This document shows, piece by piece, positions 56,302-64,000 of a stretch of 64,000 nt of DNA; position 1 is the stretch's first letter, and every line of letters begins with the position of its first letter. Location: the NCBI GenBank assembly GCA_023261815.1, contig JALNKA010000002.1:145736-209735 (forward strand), given 5' to 3'. The translations under genes were made by a program, and so were the position numbers. This DNA is from Candidatus Wolframiiraptor sinensis (GTDB lineage Archaea; Thermoproteota; Nitrososphaeria_A; Caldarchaeales; Wolframiiraptoraceae). Below the pieces are notes generated by a model. The model had not been told where the DNA came from, made no database searches, and saw nothing but the letters and a program-made list of their open reading frames with translations.

Positions 56302-57749
56302 ACTATTAATACGAGCTCCGGGATTGGTGGGCTCTTTCTAGGATCGAGCTGGATCGCGTAGAGCGGCGTCCTCGGCTTTACCCCGTGGATCAGCATGCAG
56401 CCGTGCCGGCGGGTTATCTTGAGGTGCACATCCGCTATGGGCGCAAGCCTCTCGATGAGCCATGGCATCGTCGGCTTAACGATCCAGAGCATGAGGCAGC
56501 GGAGAGCCCTTACGAGGTCCTGGGCTGTTAAGAGCAGCTTCAAACCCTCCTCGCCAGCTGAGTGGGCAATCCTATCAACGCCCATGGCCGCGATAGTTGG
56601 CTCTCCGGTCTCCTTCACCAGCCTTAACATTAGTTCCGTAATCCTTCTGCCGACGTCATCGGCGAATCTAAGATCGACCTCTATGACATTGGGCATCTTC
56701 TCGATCACCGCGCCCCTTTCATAGAATATGTGGTGGCGCTCAAAGAATGCTTGCTCATCCACTTCATAGACGCGAAGTGCCTCCCTTAACAAGTCTGGGC
56801 TCACCCCGCCGCTGGGGATGACCAGCTGATGCCTACCCTTGAGAACGAAGCTGGCCATCATCGGGCCGACGATCACATTATACTCTCTGAAGGTGAGCCT
56901 CGGATCAATCTCCACAAGCACGGTTGACCCGGGCTGATAGCCTCCAAGCTCGCGATCCAGGTCGAGTATGCCGGTCGTATAGGCTCCCGGCGGATCTGGC
57001 GGCGGCCAAAGCTCGGATGACCCGTGCTCAGGAGTCTTCGCAGGCGCGGGTATTCTAGTTGGAGGAATAACCCTAAAGCCATCCTTAATAGTGCAGATCA
57101 AGCGGGGGTTTCGAAGCTCAGCCCCCCTAAGCTTCAGTATCTCCAACCGCCGAATAGGCCTCCTCTCAAAATATCTCCTCCTCAAGCATAGAACGCCATC
57201 CGCGACATACTCCTCGAAATCCGGCGCCTCGGCAAGAGGCTCGCCCTCCTTAATCAATAAAGTCGTGCACCTGAGCTTCTCGAGAATCTTGGAGAGCAGA
57301 GTCTGCAGGAAGATTCTCGCCTCGCCGGGGCTCTTAAACTGCTGCTTAAGAGCCGTGAAGGAGTCTATAACAAGCCTCCTAGCGCCGAGGGATTCCACGC
57401 GCTCGAGCACCGTGTTCACGGACATCGAAACACCCTCCTCAGCCGTCAAGGGAATCCACAAGTGCTCAGCAAGCCCCTCCATCATCAGCCTCTCAAAATC
57501 CATGCCGAACCTCGAGGCGAGCTGGAGAAACCTCTCCCTACTCTCGCAGGTGGAAACGTAAACCCCGGGCTCACCGCCAACCGAAGCGCCGCGATAAATG
57601 AAAGTCATCCCAAAAACAGTCTTACCGGTTCCAGGGAGCCCGGCGACAAGGATTAGCCCGCCTTCCGGAAAACCCGGAATAATATCATCAAGACCCGGCA
57701 CATGAGTCCTAACAAAAAGCCCCCTCCTACTCACCGCCCGGGCCCCCAA
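56298..57749 (-). CDS. KaiC/RecA-superfamily ATPase with degenerate second domain (GvpD-like), paralog of 5347-6771
   Basis: GLPGTGKT, LVIDSFTAL, YVADGV, LKLRG, PPPDPPGAYTTG and ERLAPIADVHLKITR.HGC..HG.KP.TPLYAIQ motifs. Confidence 0.85.
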   Translation of the reverse strand: MGARAVSRRGLFVRTHVPGLDDIIPGFPEGGLILVAGLPGTGKTVFGMTFIYRGASVGGEPGVYVSTCESRERFLQLASRFGMDFERLMMEGLAEHLWIPLTAEEGVSMSVNTVLERVESLGARRLVIDSFTALKQQFKSPGEARIFLQTLLSKILEKLRCTTLLIKEGEPLAEAPDFEEYVADGVLCLRRRYFERRPIRRLEILKLRGAELRNPRLICTIKDGFRVIPPTRIPAPAKTPEHGSSELWPPPDPPGAYTTGILDLDRELGGYQPGSTVLVEIDPRLTFREYNVIVGPMMASFVLKGRHQLVIPSGGVSPDLLREALRVYEVDEQAFFERHHIFYERGAVIEKMPNVIEVDLRFADDVGRRITELMLRLVKETGEPTIAAMGVDRIAHSAGEEGLKLLLTAQDLVRALRCLMLWIVKPTMPWLIERLAPIADVHLKITRRHGCMLIHGVKPRTPLYAIQLDPRKSPPIPELVLIV

Positions 57750-57991
57750 ACATAGCCTATAACCGCTTCGTCATTCCACTTAACATCGCTTATAGCCATA
57801 CCTTAATAGTTTTTTCACGAAAATCGAAGACGAAAGTCTGACTCAGCAGACTCATAAGCGCTTCATCGAATCAAGCTGGGATAACAATTCGCCAAACGTA
57901 CAAACCACTTACGGCGAGTTGAATACCTCGAGAGCCTCGATAATGAGAATGTGGAGCTTCACGAGCCGACGCCAGCCATCATCGCGAAAGC

Positions 57992-58375
57992 TCATACCAT
58001 CGTAACCGATTTTCCCAAGCTCATCGCCGCTTTGGCCTGCTCACTATCGGCAGTTATCAGCCTATCCGAGCTAACAATATACAGTGAATCGTATATCGTT
58101 ATCTGCAGCTTTAACGATGCCTCAAACGCCTGGCCGAGAAAGTTGGTGGCTCTCTTCACGTCCAATACGTTGAAAAGATCCACCAATTCCCCATATCTCT
58201 CCTCAGCCTCCGCAAGCTTAATCTCCCCTCTCATAAAGTACTTCAATACAGTGTTCGCCACCTCTATCATAGCCAGATCGAGCGTCTCACCATCCTCCAG
58301 GATTTTCCTACCAGCCTCCTCGTAGTTCTCCTCGCGCATTATCAGCTTGGCTATAACGGATGCGTCAAGCACCAT
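57992..58375 (-). CDS. vapC: PIN-domain toxin (VapC)
   Basis: MVLDASVIAK, EVAN, TIYDSLYI and LITAD motifs; overlaps the antitoxin stop. Confidence 0.9.
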   Translation of the reverse strand: MVLDASVIAKLIMREENYEEAGRKILEDGETLDLAMIEVANTVLKYFMRGEIKLAEAEERYGELVDLFNVLDVKRATNFLGQAFEASLKLQITIYDSLYIVSSDRLITADSEQAKAAMSLGKSVTMV

Positions 58376-58592
58376 CCCTATCCTCCCTAATAGCCCTAAC
58401 AACCGAGCCCGCCGGAAGAATTCTAGAAGGCTTCTTCTCCAAAATCCTCCGAACAACCTCGGACCTCTCGACCTCCCTAACCCTTCTCTCAACGAAAGCC
58501 CTAAGCTCCGACGGCCAGTCAACAACATCCTTAAGCCTATCTACCTTCCTCTTCAACTCCCTCGAAACCTTGAAGCTAATCACTTCGCTCAT
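58365..58592 (-). CDS. vapB: RHH antitoxin (VapB)
   Basis: MSEVISFKV..ELK..VDWPSELR...IREDRD; upstream of the PIN gene. Confidence 0.87.
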   Translation of the reverse strand: MSEVISFKVSRELKRKVDRLKDVVDWPSELRAFVERRVREVERSEVVRRILEKKPSRILPAGSVVRAIREDRDGA

Positions 58593-58612
58593 GGTAAACC
58601 AATAGGTATACC
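58593..58612. promoter_or_regulatory. Candidate antitoxin operator (two GGTAWACC near-palindromes)
   Basis: GGTAAACC-AATA-GGTATACC immediately 5' of the vapB ATG. Confidence 0.5.
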
Positions 58613-58701
58613 AGAAAATAAACTTTTAGATTACTTCGGCCCTTACAAGACTCCCCGAATCCTAGCTTAGATCCCATCCGAGCTTCAAAGGCTTATATCC
58701 T

Positions 58702-59022
58702 ATGGTGTTGTTCAATCAATACCTTATGGTGATTAACGTGGAAACAATTAAGATAGACAAGCAGGGTAGACTCGTCATACCTGCAAGCATAAGAAAAGCT
58801 CTCGGGATCTCCGGCGAGGTCGAGGCCATAATCAGGGTCGACGGAAATAGAATAATAATCGAACCCGCGTCGACAGACCTCGAAAGAGCAATCAATGAAT
58901 GGATCGAGAAAGCCCTAAGCATAAACCTGCAACCATACACAGAGAATACCGAAGAAAGCTGGAAGTGGATGAACAATGAGTATGCTAAGAGAAAGCTTGG
59001 CATATCCGGAGGGAGTAATTGA
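58702..59022 (+). CDS. AbrB/MazE-family DNA-binding protein (antitoxin)
   Basis: KIDKQGRLVIPASIRKALGI...G.RIIIEP motif; start may be 58726 or 58738. Confidence 0.88.
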   Translation: MVLFNQYLMVINVETIKIDKQGRLVIPASIRKALGISGEVEAIIRVDGNRIIIEPASTDLERAINEWIEKALSINLQPYTENTEESWKWMNNEYAKRKLGISGGSN

Positions 59023-59045
59023 CGTCGGGATAATAGTAGTCAAGC
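58982..59045 (+). pseudogene. Truncated PIN toxin 5' fragment
   Basis: MLRESLAYPEGVIDVGIIVV overlaps the AbrB 3' end, then runs into unrelated AT-rich sequence. Confidence 0.55.
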
Positions 59046-59605
59046 TTGATATCTCAGCAAATTTGGCTATCAGCGGGCCTAAGATTACCTATAGAGTGCT
59101 TTTAAAAGAAATTCAATTTACGAAATTCTTTTGAATCAGCTCCTCAGGCATATACTTTTGTACATTATTTATGATGATTTTTAGAACTCGAATTGCAACG
59201 GCATCACCATAATCTAATCCATATTTTCCGGCGAATTATTCATAAGAGCATCATCACAAAAAAGCAAAGTTAAGAACATGTAAAGGAACGCGACTTAATA
59301 ACTTAAAAGAGGATGGGAAAGAAAATTTTGCCGCCAACCTTAGGGGCAATAATTACACTATTCTTCGGCGCCAACCACGGCAACCTCCCTCGAAGAAGGA
59401 AAAGATATCATATGGCGGAGGACGGAAGATGGCTGCTTACTATTATTTGCTTGAAAGCCTTTAGACCAAATCCACACAGGTAATAGTCTATGGTAATAGT
59501 CTATTGTGATAAAGATTTTGACGCCGTAGATTGAATAAAAAGATACGCACGTGAAGAACAATTTGAGAGCATAGGAATAAACTTACTCTCCCAGAATCAC
59601 TCAAG

Positions 59606-60115
59606 CTATAAAATATCCCGTGGATGAGAGATGCGGAGCTTAAGCAGCTCGCTTGCTATCTCCGCTTTTGAGAGCAGTTCCTCATCACCCGTCACGAAAA
59701 ACCCGACATCGTAAAATTCGTTTAATATTTTGGCATAGCATATGTGAATGAGATCTAATGCTCTCAACTTCAATCTTCCTGCGTATCTAAATGCCAAATA
59801 ATACTCGAGCGGCATCCTAATTTTCCGCGCATGAAAATCAAGTGTTAGAGTGTATAGGTGCGGCACAACGTTAAGCTTACAGTCCTTGACTATGAAACCC
59901 ACCAGCGCATCCAAGTCCTTCTCAAACCCCTGCGGAATCAACAGCTCATCCAGAAGCCTAGACAAAACTGCATAAAGTTCCACTAGAGTTAACGGTGACG
60001 CATAGAACTTAACATCATCCCGACTAAACAGTCTCTCCGAATGCTCATACAGCTCATCATCAGGCTTATACCTGGCTATAATCACACTAGTATCAACGTA
60101 ACAACCACTATCCAT
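59606..60115 (-). CDS. vapC: PIN-domain toxin (VapC)
   Basis: YVDTSVII, TLVEL, LRALDLIH and FVTGD motifs. Confidence 0.88.
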   Translation of the reverse strand: MDSGCYVDTSVIIARYKPDDELYEHSERLFSRDDVKFYASPLTLVELYAVLSRLLDELLIPQGFEKDLDALVGFIVKDCKLNVVPHLYTLTLDFHARKIRMPLEYYLAFRYAGRLKLRALDLIHICYAKILNEFYDVGFFVTGDEELLSKAEIASELLKLRISHPRDIL

Positions 60116-60383
60116 CCCTCTGCTCCCTAACAATATCCACAGCCCTCCTAGAAGAAGTAATGGTAAACGGCACCAGACCAGAACGCCTACGCCCCTCAAG
60201 CACCTCCATCAACCCCGAAGACCTAACCCCCACAACATCCCCCAAAAACTCATCAGCCCTCACCTCCCCAAGCAGCAAATCCTCCAAAATAGACCTCAAA
60301 GTCACCCCACGCTTAACCGCCAACAACTTAGCCCTCCGCCACAACTCCGAATCAATCTTAATACTCGTAACCTTATCGACCAT
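60108..60383 (-). CDS. RHH-type antitoxin
   Basis: KVTSIKIDSELWRRAKLLAV.RG.TL..ILE and AVDIVREQR motifs; overlaps the vapC start. Confidence 0.82.
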   Translation of the reverse strand: MVDKVTSIKIDSELWRRAKLLAVKRGVTLRSILEDLLLGEVRADEFLGDVVGVRSSGLMEVLEGRRRSGLVPFTITSSRRAVDIVREQRDG

Positions 60384-60579
60384 ACAAAAATAACATAAAT
60401 ACGGCATTACTTAAGTATATACTACCAACCATCAAACATCAAATAAGAACAACCCCTTATAAACCCCCCACACTTATAACTGGAGGAAAATGCAGAGCAA
60501 TGAGCATGCTAGCATCACAAAATAGAAAGATCTAGAAGAGGTTACTAAAGGTGGAAAGCCGAGCCTGATAAGGATGAAT

Positions 60580-60933
60580 TTAGATTATCAGTAGCTTGAA
60601 GATCAGCGAGAGCATAATTGTGAATATGATGGAAGTTTCCGCGGTCATTATCCACACGGCCTTACTTATAGAGCCCATGACCTTCATCCTCTCAACCAAT
60701 AAGGCCACATCTTTACTTATCAAGTCTATGGCCTCCGTCCTCTCGACTAATATGGCTAATGCCCCATTCGCCTTCATCACGCCATTCAATAACATTTCCT
60801 CAAAATTGCCCGGATTATCTTTCCCCTTCTCATTCCTCCTTTCCGCGAGACACTTCTGAATAAGCTCAACGGACTCTCGAAGACTCTTCACCACCTCTTT
60901 CGAATCCCTTTTACCCATCCAACCACCACTCAT
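60580..60933 (-). CDS. Hypothetical coiled-coil protein with C-terminal TM anchor
   Basis: 117-aa ORF with an internal 17-aa repeat and a hydrophobic C-terminus. Confidence 0.6.
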   Translation of the reverse strand: MSGGWMGKRDSKEVVKSLRESVELIQKCLAERRNEKGKDNPGNFEEMLLNGVMKANGALAILVERTEAIDLISKDVALLVERMKVMGSISKAVWIMTAETSIIFTIMLSLIFKLLII

Positions 60934-61809
60934 GCAGCGTGCATATAATAAATTTCCACGAAGGAGCCAATTTTCAGGACAATAACATTCTCCACGCCAA
61001 GCCTCACGATGTGCAATTCATGCGAGATTATTAGAGAGGATTGAAAAGATCTACTGTGAAGCCTCTTCAGGGCCGCAAGCTCGGCCTAAAGCTCGTGAAT
61101 CCGCCTAACCTCCTCGCATTTCAGCCCTCTCAGCCTCAACCTATTCCTCCAAAATCATTTTTCCGGGTTGGCTTGAAGTATGCGCCCGGATCTTCAGGTG
61201 CCAGAGGTGCGGCAGGACGTTCATAAACCACGGAAAATATGGGAGGCGCATGGCCCGCAAGCATTAATCATAAATCAAAAGAAGACAGATCAATACACAT
61301 ATGTAAGACATCTTCAAACCCCTCACAATCTATAACACATACACTGAGGAAGCGATAAAAATGGAAAGTTCACGAGAATAATTCATGTATAAAGCTCCTC
61401 CGGGATAAAAGATCATCCAAGCTTTCCCATGAGAAAGGATGAACAACCGAACACCCTTCAAAAGAGCGCTTAGAAAAATGCTCGGCGAAGCCGTAAAGAA
61501 ATTAATACCTGCTCCCAGGCGATAGCCGATCATCCTCAAACAGCTCAAAACTAAAAAGGCGCCCAATAAACCCCAAGACAGCACACCCGCACAAACCCTC
61601 ACCAAACTCTAACAGCAAAAATCCAAAACCAGGCTCCCAAGCACCCCACACGACAAAACCGAAAAGCCCAAAAGCCCGCTCAAACCCCCACAAAAACGGC
61701 CTAAAACAGCTCCCAATAAACGCCCAAACCAGATAGCCCAGCCCAACCATCGTATTTAAAAGATTTATAAACCCCGCAAAACCACCTTAAAAGGAAGCCC
61801 AACAAGGAG

Positions 61810-62391
61810 ATGAAGAACATGAGCAAAACACCCGAACCAACCATCGAAATACAAAACGTCGTAGCCTCAGTAACAATAAACCAGAAACTAGACCTAGCAC
61901 AAATACAAAAAGCATTCCCAGAAACAGAATACAAGCCAGCACAATTCCCAGGCCTAGTATTCAGACTAGCAACACCAAAAACAGCAACACTAATCTTCTC
62001 ATCAGGAAAAATGGTATGCACAGGAGCAAAAAGCGAAAAAGAATCAATAAGAGCAGTACAAACAGTAATCAAACTACTCGAAAAAGAAGGATTCATAATC
62101 AAACACGAACCAATAATCGAAATACAAAACATAGTCGCATCAATCGACCTACACGGAAAAATCAACCTCGAACAAGCAGCCCTAAAACTAGAAGGAACAA
62201 TGTACCAACCCGAACAATTCCCCGGGTTAATATACAGGATGATGGAGCCGAAAGTTGTGATCTTGATGTTTGCTAGCGGTAAGCTCGTGTGCACCGGGGC
62301 CAAAACGGAGAGAGAAGTATATGAAGCGGTTTACAAGTTGAAGAAAATTTTGGAGGAAAACGATCTGATCACCTACGCCGCTTCCAAGTAG
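61810..62391 (+). CDS. tbp: TATA-box-binding protein
   Basis: Two repeats of IEIQN.VAS, Y.P.QFPGL..R and L.F.SGK.VCTGAK; AAGGAG before the ATG. Confidence 0.97.
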   Translation: MKNMSKTPEPTIEIQNVVASVTINQKLDLAQIQKAFPETEYKPAQFPGLVFRLATPKTATLIFSSGKMVCTGAKSEKESIRAVQTVIKLLEKEGFIIKHEPIIEIQNIVASIDLHGKINLEQAALKLEGTMYQPEQFPGLIYRMMEPKVVILMFASGKLVCTGAKTEREVYEAVYKLKKILEENDLITYAASK

Positions 62392-62414
62392 TATCGTGCG
62401 GCTCGTAATAATCT

Positions 62415-62431
62415 TACATCTATTAGATGTA
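62415..62431. repeat. Perfect inverted repeat between convergent tbp and cas4
   Basis: TACATCTA-T-TAGATGTA followed by T-tracts; terminator or binding site. Confidence 0.4.
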
Positions 62432-62575
62432 GCTAACACTTTTTAACTCTCTTTTTCGGAGTCTTCTGTTTTCCTAATTTTCAGATCTCATCCGTCATTT
62501 TATCCCCTTAAGTGGTCAGGATGTAAGTTTTTCAGCATCATCAAAGCTTTTATAATTTTATTGACAAATGTGGTT

Positions 62576-63172
62576 TTAGCCATGACAGAATTTCCTATAA
62601 AAGCAGCTTCTGCACTTCTTATCCATCACCGGTTCAGGAGGTTCTCTTAGCTCTAATGCTCTATGTATTCGCTGGACCAAGTTTATTGAGTATCTTCTTA
62701 GCTGGCTGGTAAATCTCCTCTCAAACCACGTATTCGATTTCTTATAGAACACCGCTATCTTGTATACTGGTTGATTGAATACATCCTCAACGGCTAACGC
62801 ATAGATTGATGTTTGATACAGATGATTCGGAAAAAGTTTCCTAGATTCCGCCGCCTTTATTTCCAGAACATGCAGCTTATTGTTGGACCAGTAGATTGTG
62901 TCCACAACCCCTGAAATCATGTACTTTTTGGATGAGACCTCTACCCCGAAGAGCATTTTATCGACGCGTATTCTCTTACGGGCAAGCAGGGTCTTTCTCT
63001 CCTCATACCTATCCGAGTCCTTAGTAAATTCCCTTATACCATCTTGCATTAACTCTGTTACCGGCTCCCTTATTCCAAGTATATACTTGTAGTAAAATGT
63101 CGATGGACAGAAGATATAATCTTTTACGTGCATTAGGGTAATGTAGCGTTCTTCCTCCTCCATTTCCCACAC
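62576..63172 (-). CDS. cas4: CRISPR-associated exonuclease Cas4
   Basis: YIFCP, G.VD, LEIK, Q...YAL and C..C.Y...C motifs. Confidence 0.93.
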   Translation of the reverse strand: MWEMEEEERYITLMHVKDYIFCPSTFYYKYILGIREPVTELMQDGIREFTKDSDRYEERKTLLARKRIRVDKMLFGVEVSSKKYMISGVVDTIYWSNNKLHVLEIKAAESRKLFPNHLYQTSIYALAVEDVFNQPVYKIAVFYKKSNTWFERRFTSQLRRYSINLVQRIHRALELREPPEPVMDKKCRSCFYRKFCHG

Positions 63173-63454
63173 CTACAGGAATACTATTTCTTCGCCTTCT
63201 TCGTATTCTATTAGTTGACCGATTATCTTCCTGCTAGAGATGTCCGCTTCGCATATGATGAATATTTGTACGTTTCCCCTATTGGAGCCCAGGATGTTCT
63301 TTAATTTTATCTCTAAGTTCTTTCTCGTTTGTGAATCGATCACGCCGAGGAAAGCACTTTTCTGAATCCTGGTCAAGCCGGCCTCCTTGCATGCTTGCGC
63401 TATCTTCATCCTGATATCGTTGTCTGTGATATCGTATATTACTAGTGTATACAT
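63173..63454 (-). CDS. cas2: CRISPR-associated endoribonuclease Cas2
   Basis: LVIYDI.D...R..IA..C...GL.RIQKSAF.G motif. Confidence 0.96.
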   Translation of the reverse strand: MYTLVIYDITDNDIRMKIAQACKEAGLTRIQKSAFLGVIDSQTRKNLEIKLKNILGSNRGNVQIFIICEADISSRKIIGQLIEYEEGEEIVFL

Positions 63455-63458
63455 CTTC

Positions 63459-64000
63459 CTAGATCACTGCATTAAAACATTTGTATCCATCCGTGTAGCC
63501 GAGTAGGTACTTTGCGAGCCTGATTGGTTGGAGCCTGATGTGCGCCTTTATTGGAGCGGTTCTATTCATGAAAGTGACATTTTTCTCTAGAACATTGAAG
63601 AAGATTTTGAGGAGCTCGTCTCTAAAAGGCTTCGTAAGTTTTCCTTCCTCATCAACCATCTGGACGTTCCTTGGCTGTTTTATAAAGCGTGCTATCAGCG
63701 GGAGATCCACGATAGGCTGCCTAAACTCCTCCATCAAGTCCATTACCAGGCTTGGGCGCCTATTACTATCCTCATGAAGATATCCGATGAACGGATCTAG
63801 CCCGGACAGCTCAATGGCGTACCACACCTGATACATTAGCAGCGTGTATAAGTAGTTGAGGGAGAGGTTCAATGGATCCTCCGGTCTTTCGTATTTCTTT
63901 CTCCTTCCAGTAAACTCTATCTCCTTTGGAACTATTTTAGCCACAGCGTCCCAGTAATATTTCGAGGCCTCAGCCTCCTTGGAGATCAGCCAACCCCTGA
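63459..64000 (-). CDS. cas1: CRISPR-associated integrase Cas1, 5'-truncated by window edge
   Basis: Frame open to the edge (EAEASKYYW); DPLN..LNYLY, GLDPFIGYLH and SLVMDLMEEFR motifs. Confidence 0.96.
   Translation of the reverse strand, partial: RGWLISKEAEASKYYWDAVAKIVPKEIEFTGRRKKYERPEDPLNLSLNYLYTLLMYQVWYAIELSGLDPFIGYLHEDSNRRPSLVMDLMEEFRQPIVDLPLIARFIKQPRNVQMVDEEGKLTKPFRDELLKIFFNVLEKNVTFMNRTAPIKAHIRLQPIRLAKYLLGYTDGYKCFNAVI

Noticed and set aside
62392-62575. CRISPR array or leader next to cas4
   Set aside because: AT-rich, but no regularly spaced direct repeats here or elsewhere in the window; any array must lie outside it.
208-63777. Numerous antisense and overlapping ORFs in the track (e.g. 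2395-2979, 7856-8635, 25615-26226, 46999-47628, 61701-62303)
   Set aside because: Shadow ORFs of well-supported genes with no motifs; those in the skewed region reflect stop-codon depletion.

Overview
Archaeal chromosomal window of moderately high GC. Gene content (archaeal RFC/Cdc6/GINS/MCM/Hel308, TBP, class I CCA enzyme, intron-containing tRNAs) points to a thermophilic TACK lineage, possibly Aigarchaeota-like; that placement is inference. About 1-57.7 kb is mostly housekeeping: a replication cluster (rfcS, rfcL, cdc6, GINS, MCM with a 488-aa LAGLIDADG intein, Hel308), tRNA and repair enzymes, valS, asnS, a branched-chain amino-acid ABC transporter, a four-subunit 2-oxoacid:ferredoxin oxidoreductase, two tRNAs with BHB introns, two GvpD/KaiC-like ATPases and a decayed MFS gene. 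About 57.9-64 kb is an AT-richer accessory/defence region with VapBC modules and remnants, a TBP gene and cas1-cas2-cas4; no CRISPR array is visible. The notable items lie outside the ORF track: a 57-aa Lys/Ala/Arg-rich H1/histone-tail-like protein, a 30-aa Glu/Trp micro-protein of almost opposite charge about 2 kb away, a C/D-box guide RNA predicted to target C34 of tRNA-Leu(CAA), a tRNA-Gly(CCC) with C33 opposite an intron A, and blocks of extreme orientation-independent A/C versus G/T strand skew that end abruptly inside the TBP gene. All calls come from reading the sequence; no searches were run.
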